Source of the DNA: Blasia pusilla
Taxonomy: Eukaryota
Assembly (NCBI GenBank): GCA_050084515.1
Contig: CM114271.1
Coordinates: 5,208,001 to 5,272,000, forward strand
Direction of reading: 5' to 3'
Length of the DNA stretch: 64,000 bases
Made by a program: the position numbers and the translations under genes. Positions 11,316-25,054 of this stretch are shown one piece after another. Under the pieces are notes generated by a model. That model was not told where the DNA came from and did not search any database. It saw only the letters and a list, made by a program, of their open reading frames with translations. The first letter of the stretch is position 1, and each line of letters opens with the position of its first letter.

Positions 11316-14300
11316 TTTGGGAGAGATGATTGGGAATGAAAAAAGAAATATTAAACATAAATAGAAAATAGGCTGGGAGACCCATCACGAAAGCATAGAG
11401 AGCCAAAAAACCCCCAAGGCCAAAACCGGCCCCGAAGAGATAGAAGGGGCCCACCCCCCTAACGACCAAAATCACCAACAGCAGATACAATATCAACAAT
11501 ACCTAGAGAATTATGGTTATTGCTAAGTGGGCCTCTAGCATTGGCGTCTCGAACCCGCCAGAAAAGCCCATTTGCCTGGGCACGGTGCAAAGCTATGGAG
11601 ATCCGTTGCTTCCAATAAAATATCGGAGTGGCTAGAGACAACCCATTTCTCGACTAGAGATGATAGGCGCAATCCGTAAGGAACGAGTCAAACCTCTCCC
11701 CCATAGCCCCGTACATCTCAATGGCTAGGGGGATAAATCTCGATGTCCATCATGAAGTCGACTATAAATGTGGGTCTTCTTGACCGACGCCGCCGCTCCT
11801 TGTAGCAATCTCCCTTGTGCCACCACTTGGGCTCGTACCGCCTCCCACATAGGATCCGTTACTACAACATCCGCTACCACCACCTCAGACTCCCGTGTCA
11901 TGTAGAGATTAGCACGGATAAGGGAATCTCGCATGGAGTAGTGCCTCTCTCTCTATACATGGAAACCACTCTCCCGAGCAATAGAGAACATAATATCTTG
12001 CACTGTATCGTGAGTGGCTATCCTCTCATCCCAACTAGACACCGTGCCAAATGCACACCAAGTGGATCCAGACTCCGGCAACACTCGCAATGTGTGGAAC
12101 CAACCACCGATGGATGGGGCAGGCCAAGTCGGAACCGCATCGCTGTAGTGTAGGTAAGTGGTGGATGCGGAAAGTTGGGATGAGAGGACGAGCCCCCACC
12201 CATGATCCTGCCCCCTTTCTGGAGCAAGAGCGAATACGGGCCCGAATCTCCATGGGGATATTCCCATCCGGCATAGTAGCTCTGAACAATGCATCAATGT
12301 GGGCTTCCATCATAGAAGATTGGAGCCTAGACTGTCGGGAGGTAACTAGGGAAGAGAGAGTGGGAAGAATTGCTATAGCCTCAATGAGTCTCTATAAGCT
12401 ATGAGTGAAGACTGAAGTGGGAACAGACCGTCCTCAACCTGGGAAACGTATTGTAAAAGTAGCGTTCTATCCCCAACCAAAAATTGGGAGCAAAGGAGGG
12501 GTGCTACAGTGGCCCAACTCCCTAAAAAAGCCAAAGACGCCACTAACTCGGTCGCTATAAGACCTACTCTACCAAAGGCAATCGGCCAAGAAGCCTGTCT
12601 ACGAGCTAACTCCCCCGCGGGGCACTCTAAGGAGCCGGGTCCTAGAAGATCCCCAAACGCCTGCATGATCTTTCTATCAAAGGATCTATATAAGGAAGAA
12701 ATATGGCTAGACGTTCACACGGTTCTACACAGATAACCAGGTCTACGAGCAAAACATGACGAGAGAATTCCATAACCTACTTGAGGGTCACCAATCCTCG
12801 TGAGATCGTCGACGTGGAGAAGATCCTTGGTAAGATCTGCCACCACAAAACTCGATACAAAGTCTTGGCTCCCGAGTGGGACTCCCAAAACGTGAAGCCC
12901 TCCAACAGGTGTCAAAAAACCGTCGGATAAATGAATATCAGCCGGCAATCATGATGGAGACCAAGCCTTGCACTTTCCCACCTTCACCGCGAGGCCAACA
13001 CTGCGAACTGTGCTGAAAAGTGCTAAAATGTAGGAACAACCAGGTCTCCACAGCCAACAATGTGAGTAAAATCTGCCAACGAAGGGAAAATGCAACCCGG
13101 AAAAGCCTCCACCGTAGAAAGAACCTCTCGATAATGAGCCAAAGCAAACAATGCACCATCCAAGGGATCACATTCACAAGTCTCGGTAGCAGACTCCAAA
13201 ACCGTGACCTCCTCCTCAAACCTACCGTGGTGAAAATAGAGGGCGAGGGAGCCCCATAAAAATCCTGCACGAAGGGAATCAGGCTCGCAATAGGACCCCC
13301 TACGTCTCTCAGCTCCGTGAAAATAGCTGCCAAAGACACTAAGTTGAAGGCATTCTCCACATCAGCTTGGAAAACCACCCTTCCATGATGTATATCCAAA
13401 CAAGCCCTCAAACCTGAGGCTCCCGCCTCTTAACCCGCTGGCATGGCAAATCCAAACTGGTGCGGACTCAGATGTGATTGGAAAGCCTCATGGAATTGCA
13501 AAGCGATAGTGTGACTTACCAACCGCAAGAGCACCTCACCTATGGCAATCGGACAGATCCCTCCACCCTCCTTCGGCAACGCCAAAAGTTGTCCCGCTCC
13601 CAATACCTGGGCTACTGCTGTTGGCACTCTCCCTTGAGCTAGGTGAGAGGCAACCTGAAGCAACTCGAAAAAGCCGCTAGTAGAGTCCTCAGGGGGAAAG
13701 CAATCACGAAGGTGTTCGTACATCATATCAGATAATCCTACGGCTGCTATCCTAGAGGAACATCCGAGTGCCTTTTGCAAAGAGGGAAGGGTCTAGGCAT
13801 AAAGTCGTGTCAGGATGGAAGTCACGTACAAAAGTTGGAATGTCCACGCTAGACGAGGATGTAGCATCCAGAGTGCGTTGGTGGTAACAGCGGAAGGAGG
13901 ACCCATATCCATAGGGTGGAGTGCATGAGCCGCTCGCGAGTACTCCCTAGCTTGTCCAAGTGTCCTACATCGTCGCAATCTGGCTGCTACAAGATCATCC
14001 ATGGGGAAACCAAGTGAAGTGCTACCTCTGGCATATGCCATGAACTCCCTCAGCACAGACTCCCAATCGCCTCCTTGAAAGCGCCGCAATCGGACCACAA
14101 CCTCTCTATGGCCAGCTTTCCATCCTTGGGTATAGCGAAGACACCATCGTGGAAGGAGAAGTAGTAGATACCATAAGAGCTCATACATAGGATCAAGCGC
14201 GTTCCTAGATAGAGGAAGGAGGAAAGTCTGGCGAAGCTCATCCCGAATGGCATGGGGGATCCTATGAAAAAACCTCGAGCAGGGTAAACGGGTCTCAAAG

Positions 14301-15408
14301 AGACCTGTGATGCTGCCAAGGTGGGACCTCAACCACTCCCATGCCTTGGGAGGGGGCGATGATGCATGAAGCACCGGTGAGCATCCATGATCGACAAGAG
14401 GAACCACCCATCCAAATCTATCAAAGTCAGGTAGTTTAGCCGCTAAGTGCTTCCGAATTCCTGAACGAGTGAAGAATTCGTGACAACAAGGGCATTTTGT
14501 ATCCCGACTAGATGATCCACGGGCCCCTACGTGAGGGGCCGATGCGGGTTGAGGCATGGACACCGCTCACCAAGAAGAGAACATGACCTCCTCCATCAAA
14601 CTCGAGAGACAACCCCCGCCAGAATCCACCCCACAACCCCCATTCGAACTAGCACTAATGGTAATCGGCTCTCTTCTCGTCCACGGTAATGCTCTCCCTA
14701 GTATGAACTCTCATCTACCATCTTCACCTAGGTCTTATGGCCCAATCCTTTCCCAAAAAATGTAAAGATAGTATGGAGGTACTAATGATATGGAAAGAGA
14801 ATAGACGAAATCGAAGAAAAATAGATGGGAATAGATGTCTACCTAAGGGTGGGATAACGGAGAAAAACATGGGTCAAACGTGATCGAGAAACATGCGAGG
14901 CTACACGTTAAGGACATAGAGAAAAAGGGTGGTGTGGAAGAACAACATGAGTTGTCTTGGAAACATTCATGACATGACAACAAAATAAGACAACAAAGAG
15001 GACCCTAATAACTACATGAGAAACCCTAAAAAATCAGGAATCTAAAAAAAAAAAAATAAAACGAAAAATAATTCACTATAAGATTGACACCGTGGATCAA
15101 AACGTAGAGAAGATCGATATCTCCGTTTCAGTATAACACATGACGCCCCTCCATCCTCCTTCACTCTGTGAAAAACTCCCTCCCCACCGCCTCCTCACCG
15201 TCCCTCTGCCGCCTCCGTAGTTGCCCTCCCCGTCCCGTAACCCCAAGAGATGAGAGCTTGAACTGAGCCCGGTTCCTTCATCGCCCAACGAGGCTAGGAT
15301 CGATGATTAGACTGGACATTGTAGAGTAGTACCACACGAGGTAGATCTCTCGTGTAAGTTCTCTCTGAGGGGAAGAATACTCCACGTCCGAAGACTCACA
15401 TATGGAAG
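11316..15408 (-). mobile_element. Decayed non-LTR retrotransposon with restriction-like endonuclease (CRE-like clade)
   Basis: N-terminal C2H2-like KCPCCHEFFTRSGIRKHL (~14500). RT motifs LLALPKEGGGICPIAIGEVLLRLV and FQADVENAFN. C-terminal C-x-C...HLARC...ATHDTV knuckle, VVADVVVTDP and QRISIALHRAQA (RLE). Candidate 9-bp TSD ACTAGTAAG at 11307-11315 and 15409-15417. Many frameshifts. Confidence 0.82.
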
Positions 15409-15825
15409 ACTAGTAAGGTGCCCGCGCGATGTGCAGAAAATAAAAAAAAGGTTTAATAGCCCATAAAAGGACTAATGTTGGGGCACATAAATTCAATTTT
15501 TTCTTGCTGCCCGTAGCATATGAAACATTTTCTTGTTGTCCAGTTGCCACATGTCAAGCTGAGATGTGTTTGCAAATCAAGAATACACTCTCCCATAATA
15601 AGATAAATAAGGTGTTCGTGCGATGCACGGGAAATAAAAAAATGTTTGAAGAGTTAGTGTATAGCCTGTGAAGGGGAGGATTGATGATGCTCCACAAAAA
15701 TTCAAATTTTTTTCTTATTGCCCGTAGTATGTGAAACATTTTCTTCTTGCCTAATTGCCATGTGTCAAGTAGAGAGATGTTTGCAAATCAAGAACACACT
15801 CTCCTATAATAACATAGATGATAAA
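15409..15825 (-). mobile_element. Helitron-like 3' terminus followed by an ~200-bp tandem duplication
   Basis: The minus strand reads ...GC-rich imperfect hairpin-GCACCTTACTAG|T, matching the Helitron 3' end pattern. 15414-15607 is repeated, diverged, at 15608-15825, whose hairpin is cgtgcgatgcacg. Confidence 0.45.
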
Positions 15826-15984
15826 ATGAAATTAGTGGACACACGTTGAATAAACTTCAATCTTGAAAAATATGATAAAACACAAGAAAGATAGATTGAT
15901 TTTTATAATACATCTAACTTGGCTATTAATTTAAGAGAAATTTTCATATATTTTATTTTATTAATTTTTTTTCCTTATGGTGCC

Positions 15985-18900
15985 ATGGCAGATGAGAGCA
16001 CCGTACGGCATGAAGTGGTGCAGTACGAGGGATTCGACAAGGTGTTTATTGTCACCCTGCGTGCGCATCACTTAGTGCTAAGGGTTACAGCCAAGTCGAT
16101 CATCATTGTAGATACCCTCGGCTGCCGTTTGGACCGGGAATGTAATAAGGCATAACAAATCTTCCTCGACTCAAAGAAAATTTCTTTGGTGGATAACACA
16201 TTCGACTATTCCATCAAAGGCTATGATCTCCAATGACCAGAGAAAGATTGCTTGTAGGTGACCATGCAAGAAGTTGCCCATTTTTACCTTCACGAGTATG
16301 ACCTACACTAATAGAATCAGCATTTATAGCGGATGGAATCGACTGATTATGATTGCTAAGTCTCTTATGATTACTAATTGCCTCTGAGGGATAGTGATCT
16401 GACTCAACACTCAAATGGCGTTTTAAATGATACTGACTGATGTAAGGACTATTTCAGAATGTTGGCCTCTAATTATCTGGATTATTCAAACTCTTGATAC
16501 TTATCTCAACAATTTTAGAAGTTGTTCCATATACTTCTTTGCCTATGTCTCATGATCTGAATCGGATGTCTGAGACTTTGAAATGCCACGGCTTTCAATA
16601 CATTCTTGCCATCCTGCGTAGGCCTCTTTGCAAACCACAGCTCTCATGATTTTGGGTTCCAGAGAAGCCATACAGCTGCCACATCTTGGAAGATTTTTGA
16701 ATTCTGATCTCTTTGTAATAAAATCATTTTAAAAAATGAAAAGTTTGTGATTTTTTGCTCTACTTTTTGTTCAATTTTGTAGTTCATTCATTCTATCTTG
16801 ACATTGTGAAGCAGTTTCAATGGTTGTATCTAAGCCATTGAGGTTGTGGTTTTGCAATACATGGAACATTTATCAATTATGCAGCACCTTTGCACTGGAC
16901 CCTATGAGAATGTCTCCAGTACACTGTCTCCATCAAAAAATTGTAGTTTTGATTTGAATCTGTGCTTCTCTAACTGTAGATAGTTAGAGTTGCTAGCTCT
17001 TTGAGTTTGTTTACTTTCCAAACATTTGGGTTGAGACCTGTTGCTACTTTGCAACTTTTTGAAATGATTCCATTCTCCGTGGGCAGATACCTGGGTAGTT
17101 TCCACAGCTAATGGAGGAACCTTAGGTTTCAGCTCCGATATTGTCTCCAAACATCTGACATCTGATAGCTTCTTGATGTCTCTCATGTGTTCTGGACATG
17201 TGAGTTTCGGGAATGAAATGTTTAGAATTCACCAAATGCTTTCATGATTATTCCAGCTTATTCCATGCATGACAGTTGGCATGTGCCCCTTTTGTGAGAC
17301 GTCCAACAATCTCAGGCATACATGGCCCTTAATATTTGCACGGAAGCTTGGGACTGTAGCTGGTTTGAGTTCAGTTACCTCATCAGAAAGGCAAAGGAGT
17401 GGGATTTGGATCTGCATAGTTTGGACGAGTAATATCATAAGTTAAATAATGCTAAGTTCCAAGAAATATATATGAGTTTAAAGGAAGATCTCCAATTGGA
17501 TTTCACGAGAGTTTTGGTGACTTTGAGAGACGGAACGTTTAGTTGGAGTGAGTAAGTTGATTCACTCTATAAGTAAGTCCGTCAAGAGAGGGGGAGGAGG
17601 TTACCAACATTGCCAAGGATGAGACCCTCTTACGATTGAGAAGGAAGAGAAGTCACAGATGTTAAGGATAAGCTGTAATGATAATGTACAATGATGCCAT
17701 TGGATAAATTTGTAAATAGAACGTGAAACGTAACATATTGAAGAGGATGAAAGCTTACAAGTGTGAATCATTTTTCTAGATGTGTATGTCGGGTACACTT
17801 GTTGATGGATATGTTCTCATACTCATTTGGAACTTGAGTTCCAAATGAAATATTTTGCGTTCTGTGATGAATATACGATGAACGTCAAAGATGACGGATG
17901 AATTTTCTCACAGGTTCTAGTACTTGACTCGTGAATGGTGCCACCTCTGTGCTATTAAGCTTGTCAGTTTCATTGGGGTAATGGAAGTAAACACTGATGA
18001 TTAGCGCTCACTAAAACCAAAGGTTTAGGTTTGAAGTTCATCTGACTTGGTAGTGGACATTTGTTCAAAAAAAATGGAAGAATCGGAAGCTAAGTTCAAG
18101 TTATGTGGTTGGAATATAACATCCATGCTATTGGAACTATAGTTGTGAATGCCCTTGAATTCGCTCTTGAAATCCCATTCCGACACTACGAGTACTTCCG
18201 CAGGTCGATCCACTCCTTCTGTGGGCAACTGTAAGGCTAGCGCCAAGAGGATGTTCCAAATACTTGGATGATAGGCAATGGTTTGGATTTCACTTAGAAC
18301 TAGAATTCCGAATGCCTCCCAAAACCAAATTCCATCGGTAGGAGTTATGCCATAGTTGAACCAATTACTTCTGTGGGAAAATGTTTGGGACTTGCCAAGA
18401 GGAACTTTCAAATACAAGGAGGAATCTGGATGATAGCCAGTGGATCTAAGTTTGTTTGGAACTACAGTCGCGAATGCCTCCCGAAACCCCATTCCACCGG
18501 TAGAAGGTGTGTTGTTTTCTAGAACAGCTCCTTCCGTTGGCTACTGTAAGGCTATCGCAAAGAGGAATTTCCAAAATCTTGGAGGATAGGCGGTGGGTGG
18601 GATCTCATTTGGAACTAGAGTTCCGAATGCCTCTTGAAACCCGATTCCATCAGTAGGAGCTGTATGTCATTGCCAAAATACGTCCTTCCGTAGGGAATAT
18701 TTCCAAGAGGACCTTTCAAATACAAAGAGGATAGCATGTGGTTCGGAGTTCATATGGAATTAGAGTTTCCAATCGTAGTTCAATTGTCTCTTCAGATCCC
18801 ATTCTGAGCCCTTTCTAGAAGAGCTCCTTCCGCAGGCTACTATAGGGATATCGCCAAAAGGAATTTCCGGAATCTTGGAGGATAGATGGTGGGTCGGATC

Positions 18901-19230
18901 TCATTTGGAACAAGGACTCCGAATGCCTCCCGAAATCGAATTCCATTGGTAGGAGTTGTATATCAGTGCCAAAACAGGTCCTTATGGCATAAAATATATG
19001 GCTATTGCCAAGAGGACCTTTCAAATACAAGGAGGATAGCCAATGGGTCAAAGTCCATTTGGAACTAGAGCTTTGAATGTTTGTTTAATTGTCTCTTCAC
19101 ATCCCATTCGGAGTCATTTCCGGAATAGCTCCTTCTGTGGGCTATTCTAGGGCTATCGCCACATTGGACTTTCCAAAATCTTGGAGGATAGGCGGTGGGT
19201 CGAAACTAATTTGGAACTAGAGTTATGAAT
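15985..19230 (+). pseudogene. Possible heavily decayed TIR-NB-ARC(-LRR) resistance-gene remnant
   Basis: Weak motif resemblance only: TIR-like start (FDKVFIV...QIFLDSKKISL), a GLPL-like ECWPLII segment at ~16455 and YSMHD at ~17259, followed by a repeat region. No continuous frame. Confidence 0.22.
18230..19230. repeat. Diverged tandem repeat, ~300-bp period (about 3.3 copies) with ~150-bp internal sub-repeat
   Basis: The motif ggctatcgcc...ttccaaaatcttggaggataggc...tttggaactagag recurs at ~18230, ~18545, ~18840 and ~19145. Confidence 0.8.
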
Positions 19231-22200
19231 GATGTTCAATTGGCTCTAAAGATCTGATTTTGTTGGATGGAGCTGATGCGATGCCGGAACAAGTCCTTTT
19301 GCGGACATGTTCCAGTTGTTGTTTGTTTTATCTTCTAGTTTTGGGAGAAGAGGAGGATTTGGGACTTGTTCTTGACTTCCTGCAACCTCATGGAAGACAA
19401 AGACTCACCAAACAAGTGGCCCCCCAACACACTGATTATACTTATTTCCATGCTATATTCATTCGGCCCAATGAATGAACCTTTGCAAAGTGTGTCCTTT
19501 CTCTAATCCATCCATGGTGGCGCGCCACATTCAAACTTTTTTCTCTTCCGTTGTATGTGGGCCGTGAATAATTTAGTTTCATAATTTGTAATGTTTGATT
19601 TCTTGCGGTCACGAGGACTTCAGCCACATCAACACTTCAATTGTGATAACTCACCATACAGTATTCCTCTTGAAGAAGATGAAGGATGGAGGCCTGACAC
19701 CACGAATGCTCGACAAAGACTTTAGACATAATTAGAACTTAAGTTCCATTTTGGAAAATTCTAAACCTAAAAGCATAACCTTCAGTCCATATTTAAATGT
19801 TGCTGAGGTGAAGGAAACCTCGTTTTTCACTTTCCCCAAACAAAGTTGACTAGGCATGGCATGTCACGGCGACCTAATTTAATTCCATGGAATGGCTATT
19901 ATACGTGCACATGTTCATTGCAGAATTGTTGATTAGTGACCCCCGTGCTTGCGAGGATTTTATCATGAATTTTTTTTCCCAAAGGACAGCTACTTGGCTC
20001 CCAATAACAACGTTTTTCCACAAATCAAGAATAAAACTTTTCTCGTGTCAGTTAACACAAGTACATCAGTGACAATATTTGAATGTCCGACCACAAGGAT
20101 GTCTCTGCAAGTTGAGTGTCAGTAAATCAATTGTAAGCCATAGCACGCCGGAGATGTCGAGCCTAATCATTCAATAAACATCAAGAACATTTTATCTCTC
20201 ATGCGTTGATCCTTGGTGGAATAAGAGAGCAAATGGAATGAGTGGAACTGTTGTTGTGAAGAGGATTGTGAATCAGATTAAACAGACTTAAATCCTCATT
20301 TTATTTGGAAGCAAAAATTTGAGGAAATTTGAAATAATGAAGGGTTTAGGAAACCCACAAATATTTTAATTTACCAAGAATGCCAAAATTGGTGTTTTAG
20401 GAGCAAACTTCTTACCACAAAGTATACAATGAACCTTTGGCACAAATGCAGAAGTAGAAGGGTTTCAATGAGAGGAGGTGGGAGGTGCATGAGGTGGTGA
20501 TGGACGACGATGAGGGGGTAAGTAGGTTGGGGAAGGAGGAGGAGGAAGAAGAGGGGAGAGAAGGGTAGAATAGATGGGAGTTGGAAGCAAGGACACAAAT
20601 AAGTATGTGAGGATGGCAAAGTAGTAGGATTCGGTAATAATGGATCAATATTAGGCTCAATAGACGAAAGGAAGAGGGGAGAAGAGGAGAATCTGGAAGA
20701 AATGTAGCGAGTGTAATGGATATATTAGTATGTAGAGAAAAATGGGGAGATCTACAATGATGAGGGGAAGCACGGGGAAAGGTTACAACATTAGGAGCGT
20801 GTGTAAAACCATATAAGCGAGTAGATGGAGTATCCAAATCCATCTCTCATGCCATAGAAGCAAAGGTGGGCAAGTCATCCAAGACAAGGGAACACATATG
20901 AAACGTGATTTTGAGAAAACATGAGGGTAACGACTTAAACAAAAGTAGTGGAATTCGTCCAAAAGACATTCAGATTAAAAGAATAAGATTAGGCAATGAT
21001 GAATTTATGATTGAAAGTTACTTTAATAAATATAAAAAGAAATTGGAAAGGAAGAATGACCTTTACGATATCAAAAGAAGTGGCTCAAGTGTCCTTAAGG
21101 AGATACCAAACGTATGTAGTGGCAAAATAGTTAGGTAAAGAGTTGAAAGAGCAAGGAAGACATTTGAGAGGACTGGACGTAAAACAAAACAGTACAAAAA
21201 AAGAAGACTACGGAGAAGAAAAAAACTAGAAAACCTACTTGGTATGAAAAGAACCAGCTAGTCAAGACGATTGAAACAAGACCAAACATGCCAAAAACCG
21301 ATATTTCAAGAGAAAATTATGAAAGAAATTGAAAACACCAAAAAAGAAGATGTGAGGAGAAAATGAACCACCCAATGATGACTATTGTGAGGGAATGAGA
21401 ATGTAATGTTGGACCCAACTCCTGTCAAAAGATCGAAAAAAAGCACGGAAAAATTTCTTAAACTGATGGCAACCCAGTATCACAATGTAAGAAGAGCATT
21501 ATGTTTCAAACTGCGTTTAAGAATCCATGAGGATATTAAGGAGAGAGTGAAGTCCAAAGAACTCTAGAAAATTCCATCTTAAATGAAAAAAAATTATCCC
21601 AAAATTCAAATTTGAGGAGATGAACAGGGGCAAATTTCTATACGCCATATCAAAACACGGAGCAAAGAGCATCCTAACCACTAATTTTGATGTTGACATA
21701 CTCTCCACACTAGACCTCGACCAGCCCTCCCGAAAGTGAATGCGTCCACTCCGCCCCCATCGCTAAACGACCATCCTTGCAGACGGTTTGGGTTCGGGTA
21801 CACACAGCGAGAGGGCGGGAGCGAGCGAGCGAAAAACCGAATGAATGTGATCCAGGGAGCGAGCGAGCGAGCGAATGAATGAACGACAGAGTGGGGTGGA
21901 TGCGGAAGGTTGTGGGTGCGATCCATTCTTGACCGTGGATGTCCTCCAAGAGGCAAATGGGAGCTCAGATCGCGTCAACAATCGATCGAGCCTTCCCCAC
22001 ACACGAAAAGCAGACACAGAGAGATTGGGGCGTGGCACGGGCATGTTCCTGTCGTTCGATCACGCGTAGAGCGATGTCCCATTTGGACGCCAGCGAAGGC
22101 GTGGACACTCGGCGGGGGCAGCTGGACGCGGCGGTCCCATCTCCAACCTCAAAATCCGAGGGGAGTAAAATCCCTCGCAGGATTTTGTGCTGCTCTGTCG

Positions 22201-25054
22201 CGAGGTATGTATGTATGTGCGTATGTACTTCGCGGTAAGGCTCGGGGAAGGAGGAGGTCTGGACCCGGTTTGTACACATGGGAGGAAAAGGTATCGGCGT
22301 ATCAAAGGATCGCGAGCCCCGAGGAGAACGGACTGGCGAGGCTATGGTGACTCCCGGGGCACAAGCGGACGGGATGAAATAATTCAGGTGCAGCGGCATC
22401 ATCGTCCTCGAGCCCTGACACGACATGGGCAGTCTGAAATCTGTAGCGGGGGGGGGGGAGGATGAGGAGGTTACTTCCTTAATGGGGCTCCGTCGGGGCC
22501 CACAGGAACCCGAGTGGAGTCAATCTAGGATCACATTCAGCTACCAGGAGCAGCAGTTGCGCCGCTTAATAATCCGAGCTATTCACCACAGAGCGCATCC
22601 GCTCTCGACTCTCAACAACCAGCGGCAGTAAGTGTGACCCGCGCTTCCGAAGGGAGCCGAGCCCGCTCTCCGAGAGATGCAAGGAGGCCGACGTTCCACA
22701 ACAGCTAGCGAATTGATAACAGGAAAGGCGTCCGGCTCTTGACTACTTAGCGACTCGCTCGTCCATCGCTACCAACCTCGGAAGGCTTCTTCCTGCACCG
22801 CCCCTGTGCGCAGAAGCATGTCGCCACCGGCCGACACCGTCGCGATTGCGCCTCTCGCGCAGGAGTACTCCCGTTCTGGAAGTGTGTCGGAGGAGCCATG
22901 AGTTAAGTCGAGCATCTGCGGCATCATAAAGGACCTCTCAGTACGCGCCCCGCAGGAGTGATCGGCGTCACGCGTCGTGTATCGACGGGGCCGCTAAAAG
23001 GCGCATGAATTCGTCGCCCACATCGGCTCATGTGAAAGTTGGTGCTCGGCTGCTTTCGCGTGCATCTAAAGTACTACCATCTGCCGGAACGACGAACAGC
23101 GAGACATATGATGAGATGTGTAAGTCGATTCCCTGCAACTCGGTGCGTGTCCGTCCGTTGCATGCCATGTTCTCTTACGCACTACAGGCCACGACCACAT
23201 GGGAGGCTTCTCGTGATTGTTGCGGCTTCAATTGTGTGGATACCTCGTCCTGCATTCACGGGACATGATTTCATGCCTACATTGAGATGCGTGCAACTTG
23301 TTTACTTGGGTAGAGGATGGGAATACCTCGTATCCTCTATTATTGGCATGCCTCTCCCCATCCGTCCGTCGTTCCTCGAGTTCGACATAAACCCTTCAGA
23401 CCATCACAAGACTTGGATGCCGAACCCTGAGGAGAATCGACTGTCAGCTCACGCCGCGGCGCAGGAAACAAGTCACAGCCACAGAAGTCCCGCGGGCAGA
23501 AAGGATCAAAGTATCTTTCTGTGCGAATGCTTGCGGGTAGGACAACTTCATTATCACAGAAAGTAGATGTCATTCAACTGGTACGAACTTTCATGAAAGG
23601 AAACCATTTGAGTAAAAATTTAATTACAAAATCCATGGTGGAATACACGGACAAGTCGCCGAGAGGGTGATCCTTTTCTACATATACCTTCATGAATATT
23701 TCTGTTCGGCAAAGCCCATGTGGACTTGCCCCTTGGCTTTTATCGTGGGACACAGTCCCCGATTTGGAAGTACTTAGGGTAAACTATCTCTTAGGGGAGG
23801 ACATCATTAACTCCTTGAGAATCGGAACGCTACTAGCAGGTCCAGTCAATGACCTCATCAGATACGCCCAAACGCAGAGCCGAAATCTTGATGAGCTGGT
23901 GGGATACTGGATACAGAGGCTTGTGTGGGTCTCGTGCTGAGTATTACTATACAGATCCTTACACCTTTCCGTGTACACTCTCGGTGCCACGCATGGGCAG
24001 AGGAGAAAATTGTCCGGGCAGAAAGCTGCCTTTCTTCCAAAAATTATGGCTGGATGTGCTCTACTAAATGTATCACTCAAGATCTCCTATACTTCAATCG
24101 CGTAACGTAGTTGATTTCAACTACTGTCGTGATAAGCACACTCCTCAGAGCTCCGCTGATGTCCAATGCTCGGAACTTCTTCCCCTGCGGCAAATCCAAT
24201 CCGAGAACCTCTTAAATCCCAAGTTTAAGTCATATCACAGATTCGCTGTGGTATCAGCAAAACCCAAGCCTGACAAAATTTCCCGATGAGGAGAAGCATT
24301 CTGTTACCTGTGCAGAAAGTAGTCCGCCCTGACATTGATAGTAGACATCGGCCAACGTTTCCAAAATTGCTCTGATGGAAAGGTGAAAGACTGGGGTCAT
24401 TCCCATTGCCGGAGAATGAAAATCTGCGGGTAAGGTCACTGTAGGTTATCAAGAAATGTCTGGACGCGGAAGGAAACAACAGACTACAAAGCATTCTCAA
24501 AACGCTACGTCTAGTGCTGCCCCTACGCGGCCACCTTCTTCCCCACATCTTTCATTTCAAAACAACGCCTTGCTATATCTTGTTTGGGCAGGTCTGCCGC
24601 ATGCAGATTTCAGCAACGGACGGGAAAGCATAAGGTTAGTGTCTACCTCATCGAACACGTACGTACGCACATGGTACTCATGACGACCTCTAACAGGTGG
24701 GACGGGGGAATAATAACAATCATAACGGAAAGCTACATTGACTTTATGTGCAGCGAAGCAAGTCGTGAATCAGATTTCCTAGAAGCCCGACTTTCAAAGG
24801 CACGAGGTTAGGAATTCCCCCGAGAATGAAGATAACCATAAAGAAAAAAGAAGTACCTCCTCAATATGTCCCAACACTTTGCAATCTCCCGCCACGTCCT
24901 TGTACAGAAATAGGGACAGCACCTGCGACAGGAGGTGAAACATTTCATCATGCCACTTGCTCCAACTGTCTTGGCCAACACAAGATGTCCACTATAATAT
25001 GTTTCCGAACTGCAAGCACGGTATTCGTCAGACCACTCCTTAGAGATTACATAC

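Noticed and set aside
18230-19230. CRISPR-like array
   Set aside because: Units are long and diverged along their whole length, with no unique spacers and no cas genes; eukaryotic context.
20200-21950. Possible decayed LINE ORF1 / 5' region on the minus strand (similar purine-skewed sequence at ~6900-7850)
   Set aside because: Composition is suggestive only; no diagnostic motif could be read.
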